Shown here piece by piece: positions 18,417-28,086 of a DNA stretch of 64,000 bases. How positions within the stretch are numbered: the stretch's first letter is position 1; each line of letters begins with the position of its first letter. Where the stretch lies: contig JAKMEE010000047.1 of NCBI GenBank assembly GCA_022426155.1, forward strand, positions 5,968-69,967, in the 5' to 3' direction. The translations under genes were made by a program, and so were the position numbers. Source of the stretch: Poseidonia sp. (lineage in GTDB: Archaea; Thermoplasmatota; Poseidoniia; Poseidoniales; Poseidoniaceae). Below the pieces are notes generated by a model. That model saw nothing but the letters and a program-made list of their open reading frames with translations. It was not told the origin of the DNA and made no database searches.

Positions 18417-18893
18417 TCACAACAAATTTCGAATCAATTCTTCCAAGTCTTGTGGTCGTCCACAATAATGGCAGCGCAAGGCCATGGGTTCTCGGCTTAC
18501 AACTTTCAAACGGTGAGCCAACGGTTCACGCGGATTAGTCGTGATGCAGTTTGAGAATGTGCAACGCACAACATTGGTGACTTCATCACCCAACTCAATC
18601 GTCAATTTTTCAGCTACGCTGTAGGCTCGAATGATGGCTACTTGTGCTTCAGGTGCAACGAGTGCCAATCGGTTCAATTCACTTTGCGTTAATTCTCGGT
18701 CTTCAACTTTGATGATGTCTTTGGTACCCATCTTCTTCGAAGGGACATTCATGACCATTGAAACCGGGACCGATGTGGCTTTGTTGATGTTCAACATTTC
18801 AAGAACTCTCATCGCTTGGCCGTGAGGTATATGGTCAATGACAGTCCCATTTCGGATGGCTGTGACACGCCGCATATTGTGCTCATTGGACAT
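18417..18893 (-). CDS. pyrI: Aspartate carbamoyltransferase regulatory subunit
   Basis: 158 aa. Zn-binding cysteines VRCTFSNCITTN...LRCHYCGR. Immediately downstream of pyrB (1-nt overlap). Confidence 0.92.
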   Translation of the reverse strand: MSNEHNMRRVTAIRNGTVIDHIPHGQAMRVLEMLNINKATSVPVSMVMNVPSKKMGTKDIIKVEDRELTQSELNRLALVAPEAQVAIIRAYSVAEKLTIELGDEVTNVVRCTFSNCITTNPREPLAHRLKVVSREPMALRCHYCGRPQDLEELIRNLL

Positions 18894-19843
18894 CAGGCAT
18901 CACCTCCTTCAGGGCCGATGGAAGCGGGCACTTCTATGTCCAGTAGATTACAAAGTAACGCCATTCGAGCGACAACACCGTTGAAAGCTTGTTCAAAATA
19001 TCGGGCATGACGTGTAGTGTCAACGGATGGATGGATTTCATCCACTCGAGGCAAAGGGTGCATGATAATCATCGACTCTTTGGCACCTTCCAGGTTTTTG
19101 GCGTGTAATTTGTAAGCTCCTGCAACCTTGGTGTATTCATCTTCATCTGCGAATCGTTCTTTTTGAATTCGTGTCATGTAAATGACATCTGCATCATGGA
19201 TGGAGGAGAGTAAATCCTCTGTTTCAACAACCGAGGATCCATGAGAATTCAAATCTTCAACAATTTCGGCGGGCATCTTCAACAAGCGCGGGCTTGCAAA
19301 AATCAACTCACAACCAAATCGAGTCAAAGCATGACTTAGGGAATGTACGGTACGGCCGTAGCGAAGGTCGCCTGCTAGTACCACTTTCAATCCATCCAAC
19401 TTACCGTGGGCCTGACGAATGGTGAACAAATCCAACATGGTTTGAGTGGGATGATGCCCTGCCCCGTCTCCCCCGTTAAGGATGGGGACCGTGGCAGCAT
19501 CTTGGGCATATTGTGCTGCGCCTTGCCGCGGGTGTCGCATGGCGATGATATCGGTGTAACCATCTACCATCTGAATGGTATCATAGAGTGTCTCTCCCTT
19601 CACGACAGAGGAGGTTTTGACATCGCCCAAATTTACAACATCTCCACCGAGGCGCTTCATGGCCGTTTCAAAGGACATACGGGTTCTTGTGCTTGGTTCA
19701 AAGAACAAATTACCGAGGATACGGCCTTGCAATAAGGGCAGGTAAACCTTGCCTTGGGCAACTGGTAAGAGTCTCTCAGCATCATCAAGAATTCTGAGAA
19801 TTTCGTCGTTGGATAAATCGTCCATTGTGATAAGACCGGCCAT
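18893..19843 (-). CDS. pyrB: Aspartate carbamoyltransferase catalytic subunit
   Basis: 316 aa. Motifs FFEPSTRTR, HPTQ and HPLPRVDEI. Confidence 0.95.
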   Translation of the reverse strand: MAGLITMDDLSNDEILRILDDAERLLPVAQGKVYLPLLQGRILGNLFFEPSTRTRMSFETAMKRLGGDVVNLGDVKTSSVVKGETLYDTIQMVDGYTDIIAMRHPRQGAAQYAQDAATVPILNGGDGAGHHPTQTMLDLFTIRQAHGKLDGLKVVLAGDLRYGRTVHSLSHALTRFGCELIFASPRLLKMPAEIVEDLNSHGSSVVETEDLLSSIHDADVIYMTRIQKERFADEDEYTKVAGAYKLHAKNLEGAKESMIIMHPLPRVDEIHPSVDTTRHARYFEQAFNGVVARMALLCNLLDIEVPASIGPEGGDA

Positions 19844-19883
19844 TCAGTTCCCCTCGCTTTATGCCAACGGGTGAAAGACACCC

Positions 19884-21734
19884 ATGAACATTCCCGCAGG
19901 TGATGATGCGCTTCCACTTCAATATGAAGTCGTAATGCGGAGTGATTATGGGGGGTGTCAAGTGTCGCAAGGCATGGTCACTTGGGCGGATGCAGATGCA
20001 GCGGTGGCTACTCAACGCCAATTACGTGTGAAGCGTGTTGAATCCATAACCACGCTCACGGCCCTCCTCATTCTTGCGTGTGCCATTTGGTTGGCTTGGC
20101 CAAGCCTCGATGCTCTCATCTCCGGACGTGGTGTTGCCTTGTCGAGTTTTGGTGCCCCAACCCTTCTTCTGGTTTGGGGAATTATTCTTCAGGATGTGGC
20201 ACTTGATGACCCCTCTGCGCGCAGCAGAATTGGAGCAACCGCTTCGATAGCCTGGCCAGTTCTCGGTGTTCTGGGAGCCTTAAGTCTTGAAACGACCTTG
20301 AATTCGGGAACCATCGGAGGTATTCTCATCTTCTTTGTTGCATGGATATGCCGTCGTGAATCAAGACAATATTTGCGAGGTTCATTTGGAGTCTTGCGCT
20401 TCCGTGCGATGATGACGGGGATCGGTACTGCGTCCTCGTCGGTGTTCTTGTTCAACCAATTTGATGTCATCACTTCGGGTCTAACCGTTCTTGCTCCTAT
20501 CATCGTTCTAGGGGCCTTGGTGGACACTATCCACACTTGGGTGGTTGGTGACGACCAAAAAGCGATGAGAAAAGCATTCAAACGACGATTGGACGAACTC
20601 GAGCAACGTCTTCTGGAACTCAAAGCCCAGGGTGCAGCAGTTGACCAAGCGGCCAGTCTCCTGACAACAGCGCGGGAAGAAGGGCACTTGGACCCAGTGT
20701 ACGGCATGCGCCTTCTCGATGACAGTGAAGAGGACATGAACCGTTCAATTTCACTTGCAGATGATGTTGAAATTATCCGTCAAGATGCTTTGAAGGCGGT
20801 TGAAGATGCCGAAGATGTTGCTCCAACCGCAAAGCGTCCAAGGAGAGCCTACGACATGGGTGAACGAGAAGTTGCTCTCGGCTCATTGAGAGAGGGTGAA
20901 TTACTGTTTCGAGAATCGAAAAAGCGGGCACAAGAAATCAATGAATGGTGGGCTGAGGCGGAACAGGCCATTGCCGAAGGTACTCGTTTACTGGATGGTA
21001 AAAAAGGAGATGGTATCGCACGACTCCATGAACTTCTGGCCGAAGCGCGTGAACTTCTTGCTTCAGAAAAACCGCGGGAGGCCTTCGAATACGCTTCAAC
21101 TGTACCTGCACAATTTGCCGCCGATGGTGATGCACAAGAACGGGCGGACGATGCGATTGAAGAAGCTAAGCGCCAACTCAAACAGACGGACGGCTTAGAT
21201 ACCGATGAAATGGAACAACGTCTCGCCCAAGCCGAAGAAGCGCTTGAGGCTGGACACGCAAGTCAAGCCATCGGTTTGGCAGATGGCATTGTTCGCACGA
21301 TTTCCAAAGAACGGGCAGCGATGGACGATGTACTTCGAGCATTGAAACAACGTAAACAATTAGTCAAGCGCTTCGAGGGGCGCGACGACGCTGATGATTG
21401 GCGTACTGCACTTAGTGAAATTGAGGTGGCTGCGGAAGACCGTAATTGGAGCCACGCTGGGATGTTACTTGAACAGATGACGGCATCGTTGGACCGAGAA
21501 GGAAAAGCAGGGGACGAGGCCTTAGAATTGTACGATTTCGTCATGGAAGAATGGCGTGTCCTACGAAATCAATGTGAGGCAGCCAATATTGACCTCAAAG
21601 ACGAAGATCGACGGGCCTGTGAACAAGCGATTGCTTTGGCAGAGGAAATGCTTGGAGTTAGCCGAATTGAGGATTGTTTGGTCCACCTGAGCGAAGCCGA
21701 TTCAGCCATGGAACGCTTACGACGAAGGATTTGA
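19884..21734 (+). CDS. Membrane protein with ~390-aa acidic cytoplasmic helical-hairpin (TPR-like/coiled-coil) repeat domain, function unknown
   Basis: 616 aa. Four to five TM helices lie between residues ~55 and 215. A D/E/A/R-rich helical region follows, with recurring units such as LLAEARELLASEKPREAFEYA, LAQAEEALEAGHASQAIGLADGIV and IALAEEMLGVSRIEDCLVHL. Confidence 0.75.
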   Translation: MNIPAGDDALPLQYEVVMRSDYGGCQVSQGMVTWADADAAVATQRQLRVKRVESITTLTALLILACAIWLAWPSLDALISGRGVALSSFGAPTLLLVWGIILQDVALDDPSARSRIGATASIAWPVLGVLGALSLETTLNSGTIGGILIFFVAWICRRESRQYLRGSFGVLRFRAMMTGIGTASSSVFLFNQFDVITSGLTVLAPIIVLGALVDTIHTWVVGDDQKAMRKAFKRRLDELEQRLLELKAQGAAVDQAASLLTTAREEGHLDPVYGMRLLDDSEEDMNRSISLADDVEIIRQDALKAVEDAEDVAPTAKRPRRAYDMGEREVALGSLREGELLFRESKKRAQEINEWWAEAEQAIAEGTRLLDGKKGDGIARLHELLAEARELLASEKPREAFEYASTVPAQFAADGDAQERADDAIEEAKRQLKQTDGLDTDEMEQRLAQAEEALEAGHASQAIGLADGIVRTISKERAAMDDVLRALKQRKQLVKRFEGRDDADDWRTALSEIEVAAEDRNWSHAGMLLEQMTASLDREGKAGDEALELYDFVMEEWRVLRNQCEAANIDLKDEDRRACEQAIALAEEMLGVSRIEDCLVHLSEADSAMERLRRRI

Positions 21735-24266
21735 GCCGAGATCCATCAGGCCAGATGCCTCAGCAGAATCCGAGTTGAAACCACCGGGGAGTCCGATGTC
21801 AATTGGCATGCCACCAACGGTGACCAATATGCCAGCAAGATGAGTGTAAAGGCCCATCGGTAGTTCATTTGGAAGCGATTGATGAAATCCTTTCTTATGG
21901 CGCTTCAATGAATCCCACGGTTCATCAATACCCAGAGCAACCCAACCATTTGCTTTCCAAGCGTGTGACTTCAGAGAAACACGCTCCAAAAATGGAGCGG
22001 GGGCCACATTGTGTTTTTCCCATTTCAATTCCCATTCAACATCACCGAACAACCATTCGATGCCTGTCGTTTCAGAACTGGGCATCCGCGTGTGGCCTTG
22101 CAAAGCGAATTGTTGTAGGAGGTTGTTGATATGAGGATTCGGTGAATGTTTTTTGCTCAATTTTTCCAACAAATCCACCGCGGTGATGATTCGTCCAGCA
22201 TCGTGATGAAGCAAACTTTGGGTGATGTAGGCTTGCACCCATGTTTCATCATCATCGGCCTCTAAAGCGTCTTCAAGCAAACTCAGGGCGTATTCTGATT
22301 TCCCGACCAATCGCATTTTAGCAATCTCGGACAAAAAGGCCCTTTTCTCAATCGGCGTCTTTAACTCAATTCGGGGGGTAGAGACTTCTCCTACCGAGTA
22401 TCGCCGAAGCATATCGATGTTCCTCAAAGTGGGTGGGTCAATGGAAAGGATGGATTTAAGTTGTTCATTGAAGGAACGTTTTGGATTCAATAAACTCGCA
22501 ACCCATTTCAGCCTTACAGATTCAACATCATCATCATCCAGTAAGTGCAACCTTGACTTGACCTCTCGGTTATCGCGTTGACATAGACTCGCTGCAAACA
22601 AAATCTTGTGAGCGAGTTTAGTATCTCTTCCTCCTTGAAGCGCAAGGAGATTAATTGCAGCATCTTCAGCTTCGTCCCAACGTCCAAGGCCTGCATGCAA
22701 GATCATGGATGCTGACATTTTGCGAGCCATATCCAGCCCTACAAGTATGTCTTCAGAGGCCTCTGACATCGCCTCGTAACGATTGAGGGCGGTTGCCCAA
22801 TCATCTACAGAAATCAACTCGTTGGTTGTCCGTTGTTTCACGTAAATCATGTCGCTCACGCCGCGTAGTCGTGCTCGGTTTTCACCCATCGCTGCATCAA
22901 ATGAAATATCACCTAAGGCGCCAGCTTTCTTCCAAGAGAGGGACCACACGACAAAGAAGGCGATTTGTCCACCTGATGCGAGCATCCACGTGAGTTCTTC
23001 CAACATGTCCTTTTCCATGTAGGTGCAAACTGTTGTTTCCCACGTTCCACAAGAATCAGCTTGGGGTAAGAAGCTTGAGTCCCAGAACGTGATCATGGCC
23101 AAGGCAAGGAGCAACATGGATTGCCCAGCAAATCCAGTGAAACAGAAATTGAGCACTCTCGCCTGTTGGGTCGGTTCAGCGCGCAACAAACGGCTATCTG
23201 CGAGTCGGATACCTCCCACACCGGCAACATCTTGAACATCGAGAAAGAGAATGCGTGCGACTTCATACACGAAGAGAAACCCTATCACGGCTACGTTGAG
23301 TAACAAAAACAACAGCAACGCTGTTACAATTGGTACGCGAATATCATCTTGTGGGATGAATGAAAACAGTTCAATCAGTCCAAAGCCGAGCAATCCACCT
23401 TCTTCCATGTAGGTGTTTTGAAGCCTGTATTCATCCAACCCCTTGACACGCGCTGAATGTTCAAACATGGTTGGGTCATAAAGCAGAACGATGAGGGAAA
23501 GAAGAGTGTTGAATGCCACGAAGGGCATAGCGACCAAGTTAATGTTGACCACTTGAGCGATGAATTGTTGTCTTGCATTCGGTCGATGGTTGTGAAACGG
23601 GGAAGCTTCGCCTTTTGCGATGGTGCTCGATGATTGCTTGAGTGCATACCATGACGACCCAAGGATTCGACCATAGGCTAAAACTGCGGGACTAAACGCC
23701 ACCAGGCTAGCAATGCTCAATGCGTGAGCTCGATCGTATCCTTGTGCATCCATCACGTAGCCGACCACAGCAGCCAGTGCAAACCATGCGATGGTTAAGG
23801 CGATGAAAGAAGCGTTTCGAATACTGGTGTTGAGCTGCATCGTTGCGCGAGTTGTGCCCAATGGACGTACCACTTGAGCCCCCAATGAAGTCCCCGCTGA
23901 AACCAAGGCGGGTAGCATGATCATGATCAAAGCCAGAGCGATGGTTGGTGAATGAAATCCACCACTGCCGAGGTAGCGGTAATTGAGGAACTCAAAGAGT
24001 AGGATCATGCAGCCGGTCAATCCAGTCAGGTAGGAAACAACTCCAAAACGCATGCCCCTTGAACTCAACAATTCTTTGGCGTCCTCAACTGTGTTTGTCA
24101 CTTGATGAACTTCGTATTGCTTTTTTCCAGTTTGAAAAGCGACTTGGAGGCCACGTAATTGTCGTGGAACAACTCTGTCCCAGAAAAGCCAAGCAGCCAA
24201 ACCCGCTAGAAGCACGGGGAGAACCATAGAGAGAGAGAATCCATCCAAGAGTTCTGGTTGGGTCAT
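21717..24266 (-). CDS. Large polytopic membrane protein with a C-terminal TPR-like soluble domain, function unknown
   Basis: About 849 aa from the ATG at 24266. The track ORF begins at a GTG at 24281 that overlaps the thrS stop by 4 nt. There are more than 10 hydrophobic helices in the N-terminal ~450 aa, followed by helical repeats (ILHAGLGRWDEAEDAAINLLAL, YALSLLEDALEADDDETWVQAYITQSLL). The 3' end overlaps the convergent gene 19884..21734 by 18 nt. Confidence 0.75.
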   Translation of the reverse strand: MTQPELLDGFSLSMVLPVLLAGLAAWLFWDRVVPRQLRGLQVAFQTGKKQYEVHQVTNTVEDAKELLSSRGMRFGVVSYLTGLTGCMILLFEFLNYRYLGSGGFHSPTIALALIMIMLPALVSAGTSLGAQVVRPLGTTRATMQLNTSIRNASFIALTIAWFALAAVVGYVMDAQGYDRAHALSIASLVAFSPAVLAYGRILGSSWYALKQSSSTIAKGEASPFHNHRPNARQQFIAQVVNINLVAMPFVAFNTLLSLIVLLYDPTMFEHSARVKGLDEYRLQNTYMEEGGLLGFGLIELFSFIPQDDIRVPIVTALLLFLLLNVAVIGFLFVYEVARILFLDVQDVAGVGGIRLADSRLLRAEPTQQARVLNFCFTGFAGQSMLLLALAMITFWDSSFLPQADSCGTWETTVCTYMEKDMLEELTWMLASGGQIAFFVVWSLSWKKAGALGDISFDAAMGENRARLRGVSDMIYVKQRTTNELISVDDWATALNRYEAMSEASEDILVGLDMARKMSASMILHAGLGRWDEAEDAAINLLALQGGRDTKLAHKILFAASLCQRDNREVKSRLHLLDDDDVESVRLKWVASLLNPKRSFNEQLKSILSIDPPTLRNIDMLRRYSVGEVSTPRIELKTPIEKRAFLSEIAKMRLVGKSEYALSLLEDALEADDDETWVQAYITQSLLHHDAGRIITAVDLLEKLSKKHSPNPHINNLLQQFALQGHTRMPSSETTGIEWLFGDVEWELKWEKHNVAPAPFLERVSLKSHAWKANGWVALGIDEPWDSLKRHKKGFHQSLPNELPMGLYTHLAGILVTVGGMPIDIGLPGGFNSDSAEASGLMDLGSNPSS

Positions 24267-24277
24267 GCTGATCGTCC

Positions 24278-26299
24278 TCACTCTGTTGCTGGTACCAATG
24301 AGGGTTGGCTGTGTTTTTCACCAATTTCAGTCAGCAAATCTTGCTTAAATTGTTCCAAAGAGATGTCGGCGATTTGGTCTCCGTTACGGGCGCGTAGACT
24401 CACCGTTTCATGTTCCATCTCTCCATCGCCCAAAATTACCATGTAAGCAGGTTGCAATTTACGGTGTGTACGGATTTTTTTGCCCACGGTGTCATCCCCA
24501 TCGTCAACTTCCACACGGACACCTAATTCACGCAGTTCATCTGCGACGCGGGCTGCATACGCTTTGTGCTTCTCTGAGATGGTAATGATGTGACATTGCG
24601 TTGGGGTCAACCAGGTGGGGAACTTACCAGCGAAATGTTCAATGAGGACGCCACAGAACCGTTCCATTGAACCAAACGGGGCGCGATGAATCATGACAGG
24701 ACGATGGAGTTCACCGTCATTGCCCTTGTAAGTCAGGTCAAAGCGCTCCGGCAAATTGTAATCCACTTGGACAGTTCCAAGCTGCCATTCTCTGCCAATG
24801 ACGTCCTTGACCACAAAGTCGATTTTTGGACCGTAAAAGGCAGCTTCGCCTTCTTCTTCAGACCATTCAACTCCAAGAGATTCAGCCGCTGTTCGACAGG
24901 CATGCTCGGCTTGTTCCCAACGAGAAGGGTCTCCAACATATTTTGTGGAATCAGGGTCTCTGAGGCCAACACGGACGCGATAATCAGTCATTCCGAGGAC
25001 ATTGAAGATAATCTGCACCAATTCAATGCACCCAAGCACCTCGGCTTCAATTTGGTTTTCTGTCACGAACAGGTGGGCGTCGTCTTGAGTAAAGCCTCGT
25101 ACACGTGTCATGCCTGAAATTTCACCCGATTGCTCCCATCGATAGACCGTGCCGAATTCAGCTAAACGCAGTGGCAGATTTCGGTATGACCGAGGCTGAC
25201 TTGCATAAATTTTCACATGGTGGGGGCAATTCATTGGCTTGAGCATATAACCATCAATCTCGCCAGTTTTCATGAGATTTGATAACTCGCCGCACGTACA
25301 CCCCTCATCCGCCAATTTTTTCATCAATTCACGTTCAACCAATGGAGGGTACTGGGATTCTTGGTAATAGGGGAAGTGTCCGGATGTTCTGTAAAGATCC
25401 AACTTTCCAATGTGGGGGGTGAAGACATGTTGGTAGCCCTGGCGTCGGAGATGTGAGGAGATGAAATCTTGGAGCTCCTGTCGAATGACGGCGCCCCTTG
25501 GAGTCCAGAGAATGAGCCCCTGGCCAACATCTTCGTCGATGTGGAATAATTGCAAATCCTTCCCGAGCTTACGATGGTCACGTTTCTTTGCTTCTTCCAT
25601 CCGACGCAGCGTTGCTTTGAGCGCATCTTTGGTTGGTTCAACCAAGCCATAGATTCGAACCAATTGCTCGCGTTCCTGGTCGCCTCGCCAATAGGCTGAG
25701 GAAACCGATGTCAATTTGATGAACATGAGGCGAGAGGTATTGGGGACGTGGGGGCCCAAACAGAGGTCATACCATTCACCTTGCTTGTAAATCGTGGAGC
25801 CATCACCATCTTCCAATTTGTCGTCGATGATCTCGATTTTGTATGGATTATGTGCAAAATGGTCTCTGAGTTCTCCCTCTGATAATTCCACCCGTTCAAC
25901 AGTAAAATTTCTTCGAGCAAGCTCTTGCATCTTTTTCTCAATGGCTTTGAGGTCGCCTTCGGCGAGGGGGTCCATCGCAAAATCGTAATAGAAACCACGG
26001 TCAATTGCGGGGCCGATGGTTGGCAAGGCGCCAGGGTAGAGTTCCATCACAGCCTGTGCAAGAAGGTGAGCGGCTGAGTGGCGTAGAATGTGGATGCCCT
26101 CATCTGATTCGCTGAGAATACCCTCGACGGAGCAATTCATGTCCAGAGCAGTGGAAAGGTCACATTGTGCTCCATTGACCTTTGCTGCGAGGCAGCCATG
26201 CTTTTTCCCGATTGCATCAGTGATGACTTCGGCACAAGTGATACCAACGGCGTATTCATTCACCGTTCCATCCGGCAAGGTGACGTGAATCATGCTCAT
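24278..26299 (-). CDS. thrS: Threonyl-tRNA synthetase (full-length, bacterial-like architecture)
   Basis: 673 aa. N-terminal TGS-like MIHVTLPDGTV. Editing-domain motif HSAAHLLAQAV. Class II core and anticodon-binding domain. GGAGGA lies 7 nt upstream of the ATG. Confidence 0.95.
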   Translation of the reverse strand: MSMIHVTLPDGTVNEYAVGITCAEVITDAIGKKHGCLAAKVNGAQCDLSTALDMNCSVEGILSESDEGIHILRHSAAHLLAQAVMELYPGALPTIGPAIDRGFYYDFAMDPLAEGDLKAIEKKMQELARRNFTVERVELSEGELRDHFAHNPYKIEIIDDKLEDGDGSTIYKQGEWYDLCLGPHVPNTSRLMFIKLTSVSSAYWRGDQEREQLVRIYGLVEPTKDALKATLRRMEEAKKRDHRKLGKDLQLFHIDEDVGQGLILWTPRGAVIRQELQDFISSHLRRQGYQHVFTPHIGKLDLYRTSGHFPYYQESQYPPLVERELMKKLADEGCTCGELSNLMKTGEIDGYMLKPMNCPHHVKIYASQPRSYRNLPLRLAEFGTVYRWEQSGEISGMTRVRGFTQDDAHLFVTENQIEAEVLGCIELVQIIFNVLGMTDYRVRVGLRDPDSTKYVGDPSRWEQAEHACRTAAESLGVEWSEEEGEAAFYGPKIDFVVKDVIGREWQLGTVQVDYNLPERFDLTYKGNDGELHRPVMIHRAPFGSMERFCGVLIEHFAGKFPTWLTPTQCHIITISEKHKAYAARVADELRELGVRVEVDDGDDTVGKKIRTHRKLQPAYMVILGDGEMEHETVSLRARNGDQIADISLEQFKQDLLTEIGEKHSQPSLVPATE

Positions 26300-26386
26300 G
26301 ATGTGTCCTCCGACAACCCCTATGGGGTTGCACCCTCGCTATGAATCCCGCGCATGAGGTGGCGGAGATTGCCCGACTCTTCGGCC

Positions 26387-26704
26387 TTACCAGTCCACGT
26401 CAAAATCATCGCCGAGTTGAGACGTTGGACTTTTCAGGATCTCCTGTTGAGCAGGTTGAACCACAGGATCTTGTTCTTCAGGGAGTTTCTTGGGTTGAGT
26501 TGGAGCGACGACGAAGGATTCTCGGTCCTCAACAGCGCTGATGACCTTTCCATATTCGATGGGCGCCGCTGTAGAATGTTGGGTTTCACTTGGCCGTTCA
26601 TCATCGGCTACAATGACGATGTTTTCTTCACCGACTTTCATTTCAGCGAACCCTTTTGACAATACCTCTTCCAGATTGGGCTCATCCTTTTCGCTATACT
26701 TCAT
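26387..26704 (-). CDS. Small acidic, probably disordered protein upstream of thrS
   Basis: 105 aa from MKYSEKDEPNLEEVL to ...SQLGDDFDVDW. The track ORF extends a further 62 codons (Pro/Ser-rich) into the divergent promoter and overlaps the start of the opposite gene, so I trimmed it. There is no recognisable domain. Confidence 0.5.
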   Translation of the reverse strand: MKYSEKDEPNLEEVLSKGFAEMKVGEENIVIVADDERPSETQHSTAAPIEYGKVISAVEDRESFVVAPTQPKKLPEEQDPVVQPAQQEILKSPTSQLGDDFDVDW

Positions 26705-26810
26705 GTCGCGCTCTTGTCTTATCCTCTTGATGAATGCTGGGGTGTTTTGGCTGGGAAATGTGAGATTAGGGGGTGCAGGGCTATTTGAGGGGCAAGAGGT
26801 AGGCCTCATC

Positions 26811-27992
26811 ATGCGCATCGGCGTGGTCGTGAATCCAGACGCCGGACTCGGCGGTCGTTTGGGCTTCAAAGGCAGCGATGGACGCGCCACAGAAGCTCGT
26901 GCTGCTGGTGCAGAAGACAGAGCAGGGCCGCGGATGCATCAGTGCCTGAAGCATTTGGGTCATTTACTCGAATCCTCTCTCAATCGCACCAATGCCAGCT
27001 TAACTCTCGTTTCTTGGACGGGGAGGATGGGTGATTCATGGATTTATGCAGATTCGGTTGAACTCAATTCACAATGCATAGGAGAGACTCCAGCCCTTAC
27101 ATCTCACGAAGACACCGCTCGTTTGGTGGAGGGGCTTGTGGCCATTGGGGTCGACGCCATTCTCTATGCCGGTGGAGATGGAACGACCCGTGACATTGTT
27201 CAGGCACTCGAAGAGCTCGGTGGTGATGCACCAAAAATCCCCTTGATTGGCGTACCCGGTGGTGTCAAGATGCACTCAGGGTGTTTCGCAACCACTCCTA
27301 AAGCCGCAGCAGAAGTGTTGCTGGCCTTCGCTTTGGGCGATCTAAGAACAGCGATCACTGAGGTGATGGACTTGGATGAAGAGGTGTACCAAAAAGGAAT
27401 TTGGAATGTCCGGATGTATGGAGAGGCATGGACACCCTCTTCTCCACGCTTTATGCAAGGTTCCAAGGAACAAGTCGAACGTGCCAGCGAAGAAGATACG
27501 ATTGAGGGCTTAGCATCTCACGTTTCATCGCTTCTCGCTGAGGAATCAGATTTGATGGTGGTTTGGGGGAGCGGCGGTACATTACGTCGCATGGGGGAGC
27601 ATCTCGGTCAATCATTGACTCTACTGGGCATTGATGTCTATCATTCGAATTCGCTTCATACAGACCTCAACGAATCCGATTTGCTTGCCCTCATTGAATC
27701 TCACTGCGACGAGTCGGGCCAACAGCGCCCAATTCTCCTGCTGCTTTCACCGATGGGGGGGCAAGGGTTCCTGATTGGTAGGGGCAATCTTCAACTTTCG
27801 CCCGTTGTACTTCGATGCATCGGATTGAACAACATCCTTGGCGTTGCAACACCGTCCAAGTTGATCGGACTCGAGGTGGTCCGTATTGACACAGGTGATG
27901 ACGCACTGGACGAAGCTTTCCAATCCAAGCGTTTCATAAAAATTCTTCAGGGTTTCAGGACCACTCGTTTAATTCGTGTCGCAGAAATGTGA
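26811..27992 (+). CDS. ATP-NAD kinase/diacylglycerol kinase-fold family protein (COG3199-like)
   Basis: Start chosen at MRIGVVVNPDAGLGG. GGDGT motif YAGGDGTTRD. Also LIGVPGGVKMHSG. The 90-codon upstream extension in the track ORF is hydrophobic/low-complexity and overlaps the divergent gene. Confidence 0.75.
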   Translation: MRIGVVVNPDAGLGGRLGFKGSDGRATEARAAGAEDRAGPRMHQCLKHLGHLLESSLNRTNASLTLVSWTGRMGDSWIYADSVELNSQCIGETPALTSHEDTARLVEGLVAIGVDAILYAGGDGTTRDIVQALEELGGDAPKIPLIGVPGGVKMHSGCFATTPKAAAEVLLAFALGDLRTAITEVMDLDEEVYQKGIWNVRMYGEAWTPSSPRFMQGSKEQVERASEEDTIEGLASHVSSLLAEESDLMVVWGSGGTLRRMGEHLGQSLTLLGIDVYHSNSLHTDLNESDLLALIESHCDESGQQRPILLLLSPMGGQGFLIGRGNLQLSPVVLRCIGLNNILGVATPSKLIGLEVVRIDTGDDALDEAFQSKRFIKILQGFRTTRLIRVAEM

Positions 27993-28086
27993 TTGTGTGA
28001 CCCGATTCTGTGAAATTGAGACATCCATGAATGATTCATGTTGTTATGTTCGCGAACTTCATAGAGGTTTAGCGATTAAGGATGGC

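Noticed and set aside
20189-20737. 182-aa minus-strand ORF inside gene 19884..21734 (and similar ones at 20849..21181 and 21263..21544)
   Set aside because: These are Arg/Ser/Ala-rich antisense frames of a GC-rich acidic gene. No independent support.
26541-26890. Long 5' extensions of the two divergent ORFs (26541..27992 plus and 26387..26890 minus) that overlap each other
   Set aside because: The extensions are low-complexity and mutually overlapping. Internal ATGs at 26811 (MRIGVVVNP) and 26704 (MKYSEKD) give sensible proteins and a normal divergent promoter spacer.
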